Assembly: GCA_965112735.1 (NCBI GenBank)
Contig: OZ218955.1
Span: 1,922,001-1,986,000 of the forward strand
Reading direction: 5' to 3'
Source: Phaeosaccion multiseriatum
Taxonomy: Eukaryota; Protista; Ochrophyta, other classes
Length of the DNA: 64,000 nucleotides
Shown here: positions 1-11,687 of the stretch, piece after piece
Position numbering within the stretch: position 1 is the stretch's first letter
How the letters are laid out: every line of letters starts with the position of its first letter
The notes under the pieces: generated by a model
The model's database searches: none
Told to the model about the DNA's origin: nothing
The model's input: the letters and a program-made list of their open reading frames with translations, nothing else
Position numbers and translations under genes: made by a program

Positions 1-2707
1 TGAAAGATGGCCAGCATGAGGCCGTAAAAGGAGGAGCCACACAGCCCCGCGAGACAGGCATACCCTAGGGCGGACGTGCTGACAAGCATGGTGCCCAGGA
101 GGGCAAAGGACGTGCCCACAGCGGTGGAGTATGCCACCATTAGTCTGTGAGGGGAGGGTAGTGGATGGCAGGGGATGGCAGGGGATGGCAAGGGATGGCA
201 TGGGATGGGCAAGATAAGAGCAGAGGATGGGGAGGGGGTTTGAGATCAGGGTAGATTCTTCTGCCTCTTCTTCCTTCTGCCTCCCTCTCTCCCTCCCTCC
301 CTCCCTCCCTCCCTCCCTCCCTCCCTCCCTCCCTCCCTCCCTCCCTCCCTCCTTTCTTCCTCCCTCCCTCCCTCCCTCCCTCCCTCCCTCCCTCCCTCCC
401 TCCCTCCCTCCCTCCCTCCCTCCCTCCCTCCCTCCCTCCCTCCCTCCCTCCCTCCCTCCCTCCCTCCCTCCCTCCCTCCCTCCCTCCCTCCCTCCCTCCC
501 TCCCTCCCTCCCTCCCTCCCTCCCTCCCTCCCTCCCTCCCTCCCTCCCTCCCTCCCTCCCTCCCTCCCTCCCTCCCTCCCTCCCTCCCTCCCTCCCTCCC
601 TCCCTCCCTCCCTCCCTCCCTCCCTCCCTCCCTCCCTCCCTCCCTCCCTCCCTCCCTCCCTCCCTCCCTCCCTCCCTCCCTCCCTCCCTCCCTCCCTCCC
701 TCCCTCCCTCCCTCCCTCCCTCCCTCCCTCCCTCCCTCCCTCCCTCCCTCCCTCCCTCCCTCCCTCCCTCCTTCCTTCCCTCCCTCCCTCCCTCCCTCCC
801 TCCCTCCCTCCCTCCCTCCCTCCCTCCCTCCCTCCCTCCCTCCCTCCCTCCCTCCCTCCCTCCCTCCCTCCCTCCCTCCCTCCCTCCCTCCCTCCCTCCC
901 TCCCTCCCTCCCTCCCTCCCTCCCTCCCTCCCTCCCTCCCTCCCTACTTCCTTCCCTCCCTCCCTCCCTCCCTCCCTCCCTTCCTCACCTGGTCTTCTTG
1001 GAGAAGACGACATTCCCAATCTCATCCCTCCCTCCCTCCCTCCCTCCCTCCCTCCCTCCCTCCATCCCTCCCTCCCTCCCTCCCTCCCTCCCTCCCTCCC
1101 TCCCTCCCTCCCTCCCTCCCTCCCTCCCTCCCTCCCTCCCTCCCTCCCTCCCTCCCTCCCTCCCTCCCTCCCTCCCTCCCTACTTCCTTCCCTCCCTCCC
1201 TCCCTCCCTCCCTTCCTCACCTGGTCTTCTTGGAGAAGACGACATTCCCAATCTCATCCCTCTTATACAAGTCGAGTGTAAAGAACCACAGCAAGACGTA
1301 CCCAACCTTGGGTACAAAGTCGACCCCCAACCATGCTCGCATCACCACAATCCCCCCAAAGGCAGCCGTGGTGTAGCGACTGATGAAGAAGGGCAGATAC
1401 TGATACTTGACGATGAGAGCAATGAAGCACCAGGGCATCGCACCGAGGATGTATCCGGAGGCGAGGAGTACGCAGAAACGCTTGGTAAAGGACTCGCTGC
1501 AGAGGGTGTTAGTGGGGGGAGGGAGGGAGGGGGGGAGGGAGGGAGGGAGGGAGGGAGGGAGGGAGGGAGGGAGGGAGGGAGGGAGGGAGGGAGGGAGGGA
1601 GGGAGGGAGGGAGGGAGGAAGGAAGGAAGGAAGGAAGGAAGGAAGGAAGGAAGGAAGGAAGGGAGGGAGGGAGGGAGGGAGGGAGGGAGGGAGGGAGGGA
1701 GGGAGGGAGGGAGGGAGGGAGGGAGGGAGGGAGGGAGGGAGGGAGGGAGGGAGGGAGGGAGGGAGGGAGGGAGGAAGGAAGGAAGGAAGGAAGGAAGGGA
1801 GGGAGGGAGGGAGGGAGGGAGGGAGGGAGGGAGGGAGGGAGGGAGGGAGGGAGGGAGGGAGGGAGGACGGGAGGGAGGGAGGGAGGGAGGGGGGGAGGGG
1901 GGGAGGGAGGAAGGGGGGAAGGAGGGAGAGAGGGACGGAGGAAGCCAGGGAGGGAGGGAGGTGAGTGAATGAATGTGTGTTGCTCGCTCACGCGCTCGCT
2001 CACTCACTCACTCACTCACTCACTCACTGACGTACTGACCTGTCTTTTATGGCGGAGAGTGGAATTGTGCGAGGCCCGAGCTGCAGCCATTGCGCGCTGC
2101 GAGAGAGGCAAAAGCATATGGGCAGGCAGGCAGGTATATGGGCACAAAGGTTGATTGGCGGACAGGCAAGTATATGGGCAAGTATCCACCCACACCCACA
2201 CCCCCACCCTACCCACCCACCCACCCACCCATCTATCCATCTATATCCATCCATCCATCCATCCACCCACCCACCCACCCACCCATCCATCCATCCATCC
2301 ATCCATCCATCCATCCACCCACCTAGGACGGAGATCAATGTCAAGCGAGGGCACCCAAGCAGGCAAGATACACACCACATCCCTCGCGAGGAGGTATATG
2401 TTGGATAAGTCAATGTAGCAGGCGAGCAGGAAGAGTCCGGAGATGTGGCAGTAGAAGTGGAAGGTGAAGGAGCGATTGAAGTCCGACGCCAGTTCAATGT
2501 CCTGAGGGAGGGAGGGAGAGGGGAGAGGGGAGAGGGGAGAGGGGTTGTGGGTGAGAGTGATGGCACACACACACACAAACACACCTTCTCTTCCTTTCCT
2601 TTCCTTCCCTCTCTCTCTCTTTGTCCCTCTCCCTCCACCTCTGTTTGTCCCTCTCTCTCCACCACACCTTTGTCCCTCTCTCTGTTCCCCTTTCTCTCTC
2701 CCTCCCT

Positions 2708-2744
<37 letters not shown>

Positions 2745-5700
2745 TGTTGTCTCTCTCTCTTGCTCTCTCATACCTCCTTCAGGAAGAAATTTCTGAGCAG
2801 GCTCGCGCACCACAGCCATGCCACAGCGTACGGCACCCCCACCAGTACCAGGAAGCGAAGGCGCCACAGCTGACTCACGCGCAGGCTAATTAGAGTCGTA
2901 TGGGCAGGGCAGGGGGGGAGGGGATTAGTGTAGTAGCGTTTGGGCAGCCGCCACAGCTGCTGCTTCTTCTCTCTCTATCCACCAACCTCTTCTCCCTTTG
3001 CCCCCCCCCCCACCCTCTCTCTCGCTCCCACTCCCCCCTTCTATCCCCCTCTCTCGGCCTCCCTCCCCTCCTCTCTCTCCCTCCCTCCACCCATCCCTCC
3101 CCTTCCCCTCCCTCCCTCACCTAAACTTGCTATCCATCGCTCCTGACATGGGGTCATCAGCCAAGAAGATCTTGGCCCTCGGCTTGCGGAAAGTATCCGG
3201 TATCAGTGAGGCCCAGCCATCCGTCACTACCCCCTCCCCCATGCGATAGGCTCCTCGTAGTAAGGTGAGGAAGCCGGCGATGACCACATAGAGCTCTGCC
3301 CCGCCGAGGGCTCGCTCGTTGCTGAGTGGGCGGTGCAGAGGGGGGCAGGGGGGAGGAGGGGAGCAGAGGAGGGGGGGGGAGGGTAGAGGGGGAGAGAGAG
3401 AGGGGGAGAGAGAGAGGGGGAGAGAGAGAGGGGGAGAAGGGGAGAGGGTGGCAGAGGGGGCAGGTGGGGAAGTGTGAGTGTGTGGAGTTGTAGCTGGGCG
3501 GTGACGTGAGATGAGGCGTAGGATGCTGCAGGCGCGACAAGGTACCACAGGCCCCGTGGTTCTAACACTGACCGCCCGACCGACCGATAGTCATCCACTG
3601 CAATCCACTGCAATCCACTGCCATCCACTGCCATCCACTGCCATCCATTGCCATCCGACCAACAATGCCGTCGATAACACGATACCTGGCTTCAATCTCG
3701 TACTGCGAGCAGTCGATTCTCTCCTGCCTCTTTTTGCTGTAGTTGCACTGCTCGCTGTTGAGGCAGCACTGAATCTCTTGCAGGGTGTCTTGTTCGCTGT
3801 CGACCAGGCTCTCGAATTTCACGCTTTTATCCCAACCGTCCTGTTTGGTGGAAAGGGAAAGCAGAAAGGACGAGGAGGAGGAGGAGGAGGAGGAGGAGGA
3901 AGGAGGAGGAGGAGGAGGAAGAGGGAGGAGGAGGGGGAGGAGGAGGAGGAGGAGGAGGAGGAGGAGGAGGAGGAGGAGGAGGAGGAGGAGGAGGAGGAGG
4001 AGGAGGAGGAGGAGGAGGAGGAGGAGGAGGAGGAGGAGGAGGAGGAGGAGGAGGAGGAGGAGGAGGGGGAGGAGGAGGAGGAGAAGAAGGAGAGGTTCAC
4101 TGTCAGTTTCTGGGTATTGGATCCCAGCCTTTCCCCCTTCCCCCTTCTCTCTGCACCTCTTGCCCGCAGGCCTCTCCATGCACCCCATATGCTTATCCCG
4201 TAGACCCATATACCTGAAAATACGATACGACCGTAAAGTCGTCGATGGCCCAGTACTCGTTAGCGTTCTCGAAGTCTAGCTGGTCCAGCATGAAGCGTGT
4301 GGCTGTCGTGTTGGCAGCAGGAGGGAGCTCCACCTCCACCTAAAAGAGGGAAGTGGGGGGGGGGTGGGGCAGCACAGAGGGAAGGGGGGGGGGGGAGTGA
4401 GTGAGTGAGTGAATGCGCGCGTGCACCCACACATCGCCAAGCTTTAGACGTGTGTAGAAGGAAGGTTTTCTGCTCTGCTCTCCCCCCTTCCCTTCCCTTC
4501 CCTTCCCCTCCCCTTCTCGCCCCTCTCCCCTCTCCCCTCTCCCCTCCTCCCCTTCCCGCACGCACGCACCAACGTAAATGTCTCTCCGCGGTAGAGAAAG
4601 GTCTCAAGTTTCTCCAACTCTTCCCAAGTGTCCCCGGCGTCGGTTGAGTAGTACGTCCAGATGTTCCCGCCGTAGGCCGGTTTGCACTCCTGTGGTCGGG
4701 GGCAAGGAGGAAGAGCGTTTTAAGACTTTTTGTTGACTTTTTGTTGTATCACATCACAGCACAGCGCCACACACACACACACATATATATATACGCATAC
4801 GCACACACTCACACACATACACAAGCACACATACACATACACATACACACATACACAACACACACACACACACAAACACACACACATACACAGGCACACA
4901 CACATACAACCCTCCTACACACGTATGCACACACATATATATATATACACATACACAACCCACACACACAACACAAGCACACACACATACAACCCTCCTA
5001 CACACGTATGCACACACATATATATATATATATGCACAAGCACACATACACACACACAAACATACACACACATACACAAGCACGCACACACACAACCCTC
5101 CCACACACGTATGCACATATATATATATACATATATATATATGCACACACAACACATGTATAACCAACTCGCCTGCAAGGTGGGGTCTGTGGTGTAGGGG
5201 CCCATTTTCAGCCTGAAGGAGAGCTTTCCTCCGAAGCGTACGTCCACGTCTTGAGTGACCACCCGCCGCATGTCTACACCCGAGAATGTCAGCGCGGAGT
5301 CCCCAGAGTGGGAACCGCAGAGGTCTGAGGGGGAGGGGAGGGGAGGGGAGGGGAGGGAGAGAGGGGGGGAGAGGAGACAAAAGTCATGCGGACCGTAGCG
5401 CTATCTCATGCTCTCCTCAGTGCTGGGTTGTACTCCCAGACACACACCCACACACGCACCCACACACCCACACACGCACCCACACTCACACACACCTACA
5501 CACGCACACACACACCCACGTACCAGAGGGTTTCCCGTTGTAGACGGAAGCCCACCTTGCGGAGGCGAGGGTAGGGCTGCTGACGCTGGCGTTTGCCCAG
5601 CTTTCGAAACCGTCTTCGAAGGTGTGAATACCTCCTGCAGCAACGGCAGAAGCAGACAGAGGCATATGGGGGGGAGGGGCAGTGTGAGGATGGGGCGCTT

Positions 5701-7451
5701 GACAGCGCCAGTGGCATTGCTCTCGACATGGTCAGCTACTCATCCATCCACTTACCCGTCTATCCTCCCACTCACCCACTCACTCACCTAGCCTCCCCTT
5801 CACACACCCATCCACGCACCCATCATCCCTCCTACTCGCTCACTCACCCACTTACTCACTCACTTACTCACTCACTCACTCACTCACTCACTCACTCACT
5901 CACTCACTAATTCACTCACTCACTCACTCACTCACTCACTCACTCACTCACTCACTCACTCACTTATTCACTCACTTACTCACTCACTCACTCACTCACT
6001 TACTCACTCATTCACTCACCCACCCACTCACTCACTCACTAACTCACTCAGTCACTCACTCACTCACGCCCTCAATCACTCACTCACTCACTCACTCACC
6101 CACTCACCCACTCACTCACTCACTCTCTCAGTCACTCACTCAGTCACTCAGTCACTCACTCACTCACCCACTCACCCACTCACTCACTCACTCACTCACT
6201 CACTCACTCACTCACTCACTCACTCACTCACTCACTCACTCACTCACTCACTCACTCACTCACTCACTCACTCACTCACTCACTCACTCACTCACTCACT
6301 CACTCACTCACTCACTCACTCACTCACTCACTCACTCATTCATTCACTCACTCACACTCACTCACTCACTCACTTACTCACTCACTCACTCACCCAAGAA
6401 GGAATCCTCGCAGAAGTCGAATCCCCACTTCTCTTTGCTGTGAATAAACATGGCCTCGTCATACACGCAGTAACTGCCGTACATCTTGAGAGAGAGACCA
6501 CGGGACGACGATAGAGAGGGAGAGAGAGGGAGAGAGGAGAGAGGCGGGGGGGGGGAGAGGGGGAAAGGAGAGAGGGAGAGACAGAAATGAGCGAGAGAGA
6601 GAGTGAGAAAGGGTGGCAAGAGGAGGGGTGGAGAGAGAGAGACGGAGAGAGAGAGAGAGAGATGGAGAGAGAGAGACAGAGAGAGAGACAGAGAGAGGAA
6701 GAGAGGGGGGGAGGGACAGAAGAGATGCGGCGCCAGCAGGGGGAGACAAGGGGCTGAGACAGGGCGTGTATGAGAGGTATCGTATCTATCACGTGTGTGC
6801 GTGCGTGCACAGCCTGCCGATCTACCCCCTCCCCTTGGGCCCCACCCCCCCAATCTACGCCACGTCTGCTCCCTTGCTGACAGATCTGCTGATCTTGACA
6901 CCAAGGTCCTGATCCTGACACCAAGGTCCTGATCCTGACCCTGAGTCCGAGCCTGAGCCTGAGCCTGAGCCTGACTTGACACCAGCTACGGACTGACTGA
7001 CTGACTGACTGACTGACACCAGGTACTGACCTTATTGACAGAGGTTTCCGAGCACTCCTCCCACTCCGTAATGGCCCCCGGTACGCCCCCCTGGAGGCTA
7101 CCTGGGTACTCCACACAGCGCTCGTCAGAGCTGCAGGAGGGGAAGAAGCCGTAGCATCTGGGGAGGGAGGGATGGATGGATGGAGGGAGGGAGGGAGGGA
7201 TGAAGGGAGGGAAGGAAGGAGAGGGAGGAAGGAAGGAGGAAGGGAGGGGGGGAGGGAGGGGAGGGAGAAGGAGAGAAGGAGAGAGGGAAGGAGGGAAGGA
7301 GAGGGAGGCGAGGAAGGAAGGAAGGAGAGAGAGGTGAGGGGGGGAGGAAGGGAGTGGTTGGTGACTGGCGATTGGTGGTTACTGCATGGGTGCGTACAGA
7401 CTGCCTTCCTGACTGTCCGAGGGCCGGACTGCCCGACAAGCTGAGAAGCAC

Positions 7452-7484
<33 letters not shown>

Positions 7485-8885
7485 TAGACAGACAGACTGA
7501 CACGTACACAGACAGATAGGGAGGTAGACAGACAGTCAGATAGACAGATAGACAGACAGACAGATAGACGGATAGGCAAACTGACTGACACACTCACTCA
7601 CTAACCTCCGATCGAAGATGGTCCTGGGCAGCGTGGCATCGTTCACGGCGAGTGTGGCGGCAATGGCGAGCACCACCAGAGTGATGAGCAGTGACATGAG
7701 GTAGCCCGTCACCACAGGGAGGGTGCCCGGATCCCGAGGGGTGCGCGTGTACCTCACACGTCTATGCGTGCGTGTGCGTGGGTGGGTGTGCGTTCGTACG
7801 TGCATGTGTGTGCGTGTGTGTGGGGTGGATGGGCGCATGCGTGCTGAGTATGGTACTGTGAGTTTCTCTCACATCACACCCATTCACTCACTCACTCACT
7901 CAATCACTCAATCACTCACTAGCCTCACTCACCTCTGCACCGGCACCTGACAAGAGGGGCAGTAGCCCGTCTTGAAGTAGTCGTCTGCGCAGAAGAATTC
8001 CCCGCAGCACTTGCGACGGAAGCCTTGACGTAAGCAAATCCGACACTCCTCCCCGTCCCTCACTTCTCCTGCTCCACGCTGCGGAAGGGAAGGGAAGGCA
8101 CGGGACGACAAGGGAAGTGAAGTGTGTCTCAGTGAGAAGGCCGACAACCTACCCACCCATCCATCCACCCATCCCTCCACCCACCCATCCATCCACCCAT
8201 CCATCCCTCCACCCATCCATCCATCCATCCACCCCTCCCACTCCACCCACCCACCTATCCATCCACCCCCTCCCCCCTCACCCATATACCTTTTCTAAGT
8301 CGCTCCAGAACTTGCCGGCGTTGTCACCAGTGGTGATAACTTGGCAGCCTGGGCAGTTGCCAGTGCTAGTGTAGCAGTACTTGCAGTATAGTCTGAGCAG
8401 CACAAGTTGGTGATGCAGTAGTGAGAGAAAGGGCAAGCAGGACGTGGTGGGTGGGTGTGTGGGTGGTATGTGTGTGTATGTGTGTGCGTGTGTGGTGGGT
8501 TGGTACCCAGAACGGGAAGGCACAGCCGTCAAAGTACACCCACCCGCCCACCTGTCACAGCAATCGCGCCGCTTCCCGTCCTCCATGCACACGAGACAGG
8601 CTCCTAACTCTGGCGTTTCCACCTGCATGTGAGTGGGTTCGTGCGGTGCAAGGGGGCGTGGACAGAGTTTGAGTTTCAGCGGAACACTCTTACTTCTCAT
8701 ACATCCTGCCGCCCGCCCGCCCATCTAAGCCCTGTGAGAGGAACCAACCACCCATCAACCACACGTCCAAGCAAGCCTGCACGGACAGGCTTCCCCTCCT
8801 CTCCAAGAATAAGGCAGATATTCTCCTAAACGACAGGACGGGCAGGCATCTCCTTCACCCCTCTCAGCCAGACTTTACAACGACC

Positions 8886-8946
<61 letters not shown>

Positions 8947-9721
8947 GCAACAGACCTTCTCTGCCTCTTTCAGACGCTGCCTGCAGGGGCAAATGATTGC
9001 AGTCGGATCATTGTCAAAGCAGCAGCCATCAAGGTCCCGACAACCGCCCTCGTGGTTGCACCAGCAGCTGCCAGGCCGCACGCGCTTGCGTATCGTTTTC
9101 TGGGGCGGTCAGATGTTACAAGAGGGGATGAGGGGGGCGGGGGATGGGTGATGATGCAGAAGAGGTGGGAGGAGTTCAAGACTATCTGATGCATGAAGAG
9201 CTAGTGGTAGAGCACAAGATGTGCTTTTGGGTCGGGCAAGGGCCGGACACACGAGGGGCAGCCACAAAAAGCGCTTCCGCCCCCCAACATCTTGGAGGGC
9301 TTGCTTGCCTCAATACGAGAGCCCTGCCCCAAGAGGAGAGGTGGATATACACAGATGTCGCTATGTACGCCTCCTGTCCTATCTGTCCATCTATCTACCG
9401 CACCTGCAGGTGCGCTTTCTTGTCGTCGTGCTCGTCGTCGGAGGGCACCTCGACGGCCTGCGTGCCGAAGAAGGGGTCCTCGTCATCGTCGTCGCCCAGC
9501 CCCGCGCCAACCTGTTGGCGTTTCACAGTAGTCACGAGCCCAGGGTGGGAGGAGGTCGAGGTAGGCAGGGTAGAGAGGGGGGTGTGTGGTGGAAGGAGAA
9601 AGTAACCTGGACACAGGCCAAGACTCACCTGTCTTTGGCGCTTTCTCTTGTTCTTGGGTTGCCTGTTCTTCACGTTTCTCTTCTTGTCTCCCTCAGGATC
9701 GACAATCCAGGGGGGTGACAT
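1..9721 (-). CDS. Multi-exon membrane protein: Cys-rich segment, two RING-like Zn fingers, TM helix, reelin-like repeat with Asp-box, several C-terminal TM helices (3' end outside window)
   Basis: Phase-consistent exons (minus): 9721-9629, 9511-9404, 9099-8956, 8825-8787, 8622-8552, 8392-8290, 8078-7933, 7761-7606, 7157-7031, 6484-6394, 5634-5524, 5324-5173 (GC donor), 4689-4570, 4339-4214, 3840-3686, 3321-3121, 2885-2774, 2501-2323, 2096-2040, 1496-1221, 144-<1. RING-like: [32 protein letters not shown] and [34 protein letters not shown]: [24 protein letters not shown]. Reelin-like: [28 protein letters not shown]...YSTDAGDTW...[18 protein letters not shown]...WAIDDF. Confidence 0.85.
283..1215. 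repeat. Intronic (CCCT)n microsatellite, ~900 bp
   Basis: Near-perfect tetranucleotide array; source of the spurious PPSL/GGRE ORFs. Confidence 0.97.
1515..1960. repeat. Intronic (GGGA)n/(GGAA)n microsatellite
   Basis: Directly visible; pyrimidine-rich on the gene's sense (minus) strand, upstream of the acceptor at 1497. Confidence 0.95.
5840..6393. repeat. Intronic (CACT)n microsatellite, read as (GAGT)n on the sense strand
   Basis: Begins immediately at the GTGAGT donor (6393) of the minus-strand gene. Confidence 0.95.
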
Positions 9722-9948
9722 AACATTAAGGCGTCCTGGTGCTCATGAAACCCAATCTAAACCAACGCTCCCTCGGCTCTCTCTTGCCTTGAAAACTGAA
9801 CGTTTCGTCGCCGCCGGACAATTTTTTTGGCGATCATGATGAGCAAGGCATCATCATAAAGAATAAGAAGGAGGGAGTGGAAGACAGGCACTGGCGCACC
9901 ACAGTGACCGCCGCAGCGCAGCAGACAATAATCTCGACAGAGCGGGCG

Positions 9949-11310
9949 ATGGGGATCACCGATGGGGGAGAAAGAGTCTCAGTGGGCTTTAGGGTGAAGG
10001 CGGCGAGGCCAAAACCTGAGAGCAATGCCAAGCGAAACAGTGGAAGAGTGGTCGAAGAGAAAAAGGAGGACAGGAAGTTGCAGCAACGCCGGAAGCCAGC
10101 CTCAACCCGCCGGCCCTCCACCGCATCGCAAGCAACCAAAAGCAAGGATGGAAGCGAGGAAGAAGGGGATACCAATACTTCTCTGCCCCTCCCCCCCGAC
10201 CGCGTGTCTTATGTCCCGCCTCGAATCCCCCGCCGCCGCCCACGCTCAGCGGCCGGGGTGCACGGTCACCCTGTCTCCTACCGTACCAGGAGGCCCCCTC
10301 CCGGGCGGCATTCTGATGTGAGGGCAGTGTGTGTGGGAGATAGTGGCACGAAGGGAGGGCAGGCGAGGGCATGGTTCACGCCGTCCTCCACCGCCCCTAC
10401 CCAGCACAACGCCGACTCGGATGGTGCTTGTTCTGGTGCTGGTGCTTCTGCTGCTGGTGGTGACTCCGCTCCAAGGCGGCGATGGGACACCTCAACTGCA
10501 GCCGTCGACTTTCAAGTGGGCCTGACGGAGAAGCTGTATCGAAAGTATCAGCGTCACTCCACAGCAAGCACTGACGCAGCAGGAGGAGAAGCAGCACCAG
10601 CAGGAGGAGGAGAATCAGGGGCAGCAGGAGGGACAGGAGAAACCGAGTGGAAAGATCGGGATGGGGCGAGAGCTAGCATTAGCGATAGAGATAAGCTTAG
10701 AGGAGCAGCCTTCGTGGGAAGGCGTGATGGGGATTGGAGAGCAAACAAGGGAGGAGAAGGGGGGGCATGGGGGCAACAACAACACCAACAACAACACTCC
10801 GACAGGTGGAATATGGAGGAGAAGGGAGTTGAAACGGAGATTCGGCCGCTGGTCCCGCCCTCTCCCGAGCGGAGACGGACTTGTCGCCGACACAGGGCAT
10901 GGCAAAGGGCGGTGGAGCTTCTTCGCGACCAACAGGGGGACGTGGACATTGAAGAGGCGCTGCACAACGGGCCCGCTGTCGCCGCTGGTAGCAGCACCAG
11001 CAGGAGCAGCAGCCGAGTAGAAGAGACGGGCGGTAGTGGAGTTAGGGTGGGGTGGGGAGGGGAGGGGGGAGGGGCCAGGGCAAGGAAGTGGAACAGGTCA
11101 ACGGAGGTGTTGTACCCGAACGACGCGCCCAAGAGGGCTTACTTGGGAGGGGCCACTCGGTTTGGGGGCTACACCTCCCTCAAGGCCACTGTAGTCGGGC
11201 AGCTGCTGGATCCGGGGGTAGCAACGGCAGCAGCGACAGCAACAGCCTCAGGAGGAGCCTCAGCAGCAGCCTCAGGCACTACCACCACTCTGGGAGCAGC
11301 TCGCTTTTGA
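9949..11310 (+). CDS. Intronless hypothetical protein (basic/Gly-rich, likely disordered)
   Basis: Non-repetitive open frame 9877-11310; first in-frame ATG at 9949; head-to-head with the RING/reelin gene; no recognisable domain. Confidence 0.6.
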   Translation: MGITDGGERVSVGFRVKAARPKPESNAKRNSGRVVEEKKEDRKLQQRRKPASTRRPSTASQATKSKDGSEEEGDTNTSLPLPPDRVSYVPPRIPRRRPRSAAGVHGHPVSYRTRRPPPGRHSDVRAVCVGDSGTKGGQARAWFTPSSTAPTQHNADSDGACSGAGASAAGGDSAPRRRWDTSTAAVDFQVGLTEKLYRKYQRHSTASTDAAGGEAAPAGGGESGAAGGTGETEWKDRDGARASISDRDKLRGAAFVGRRDGDWRANKGGEGGAWGQQQHQQQHSDRWNMEEKGVETEIRPLVPPSPERRRTCRRHRAWQRAVELLRDQQGDVDIEEALHNGPAVAAGSSTSRSSSRVEETGGSGVRVGWGGEGGGARARKWNRSTEVLYPNDAPKRAYLGGATRFGGYTSLKATVVGQLLDPGVATAAATATASGGASAAASGTTTTLGAARF

Positions 11311-11687
11311 AATTGTTCGTTGTATACATTGTATCCACTGCCATCCACCGCCATCCACTTCCCTCCCTCCTAGTAGTGGAAACGAATTCTGTTTCTTTTC
11401 GATATCGATTTTAAAATCGAGCCATTAATTTTGAAATTATATCATATCGTGTCATCATAACGCTTCTCTCATCTCTCCATCTCTCAACGCCAACAGAGCA
11501 GCAAACCACACAAAAGAAAAGCAAAAAGCACAGCAGAAGAGGGAAAGGAGTAGCAAGAAGAAGAGGAACAGCAGCAGCAGGAAGAAGGGGTAGCAGTAGC
11601 AGCCAGCAGCAGCAGTGGCATCAGACAGAGAACAAGGAGGAACTAAGAAGGGGTACAAAGAGAGGCGCGAAAAATAAAGAGAAAGCA

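Noticed and set aside
227-1972. 581-aa PPSL/GGRE ORF and similar ORFs (THSL, poly-L/R/S/C, CVCV)
   Set aside because: Translations of intronic microsatellites lacking stop codons; the real exons are in other frames or on the other strand.
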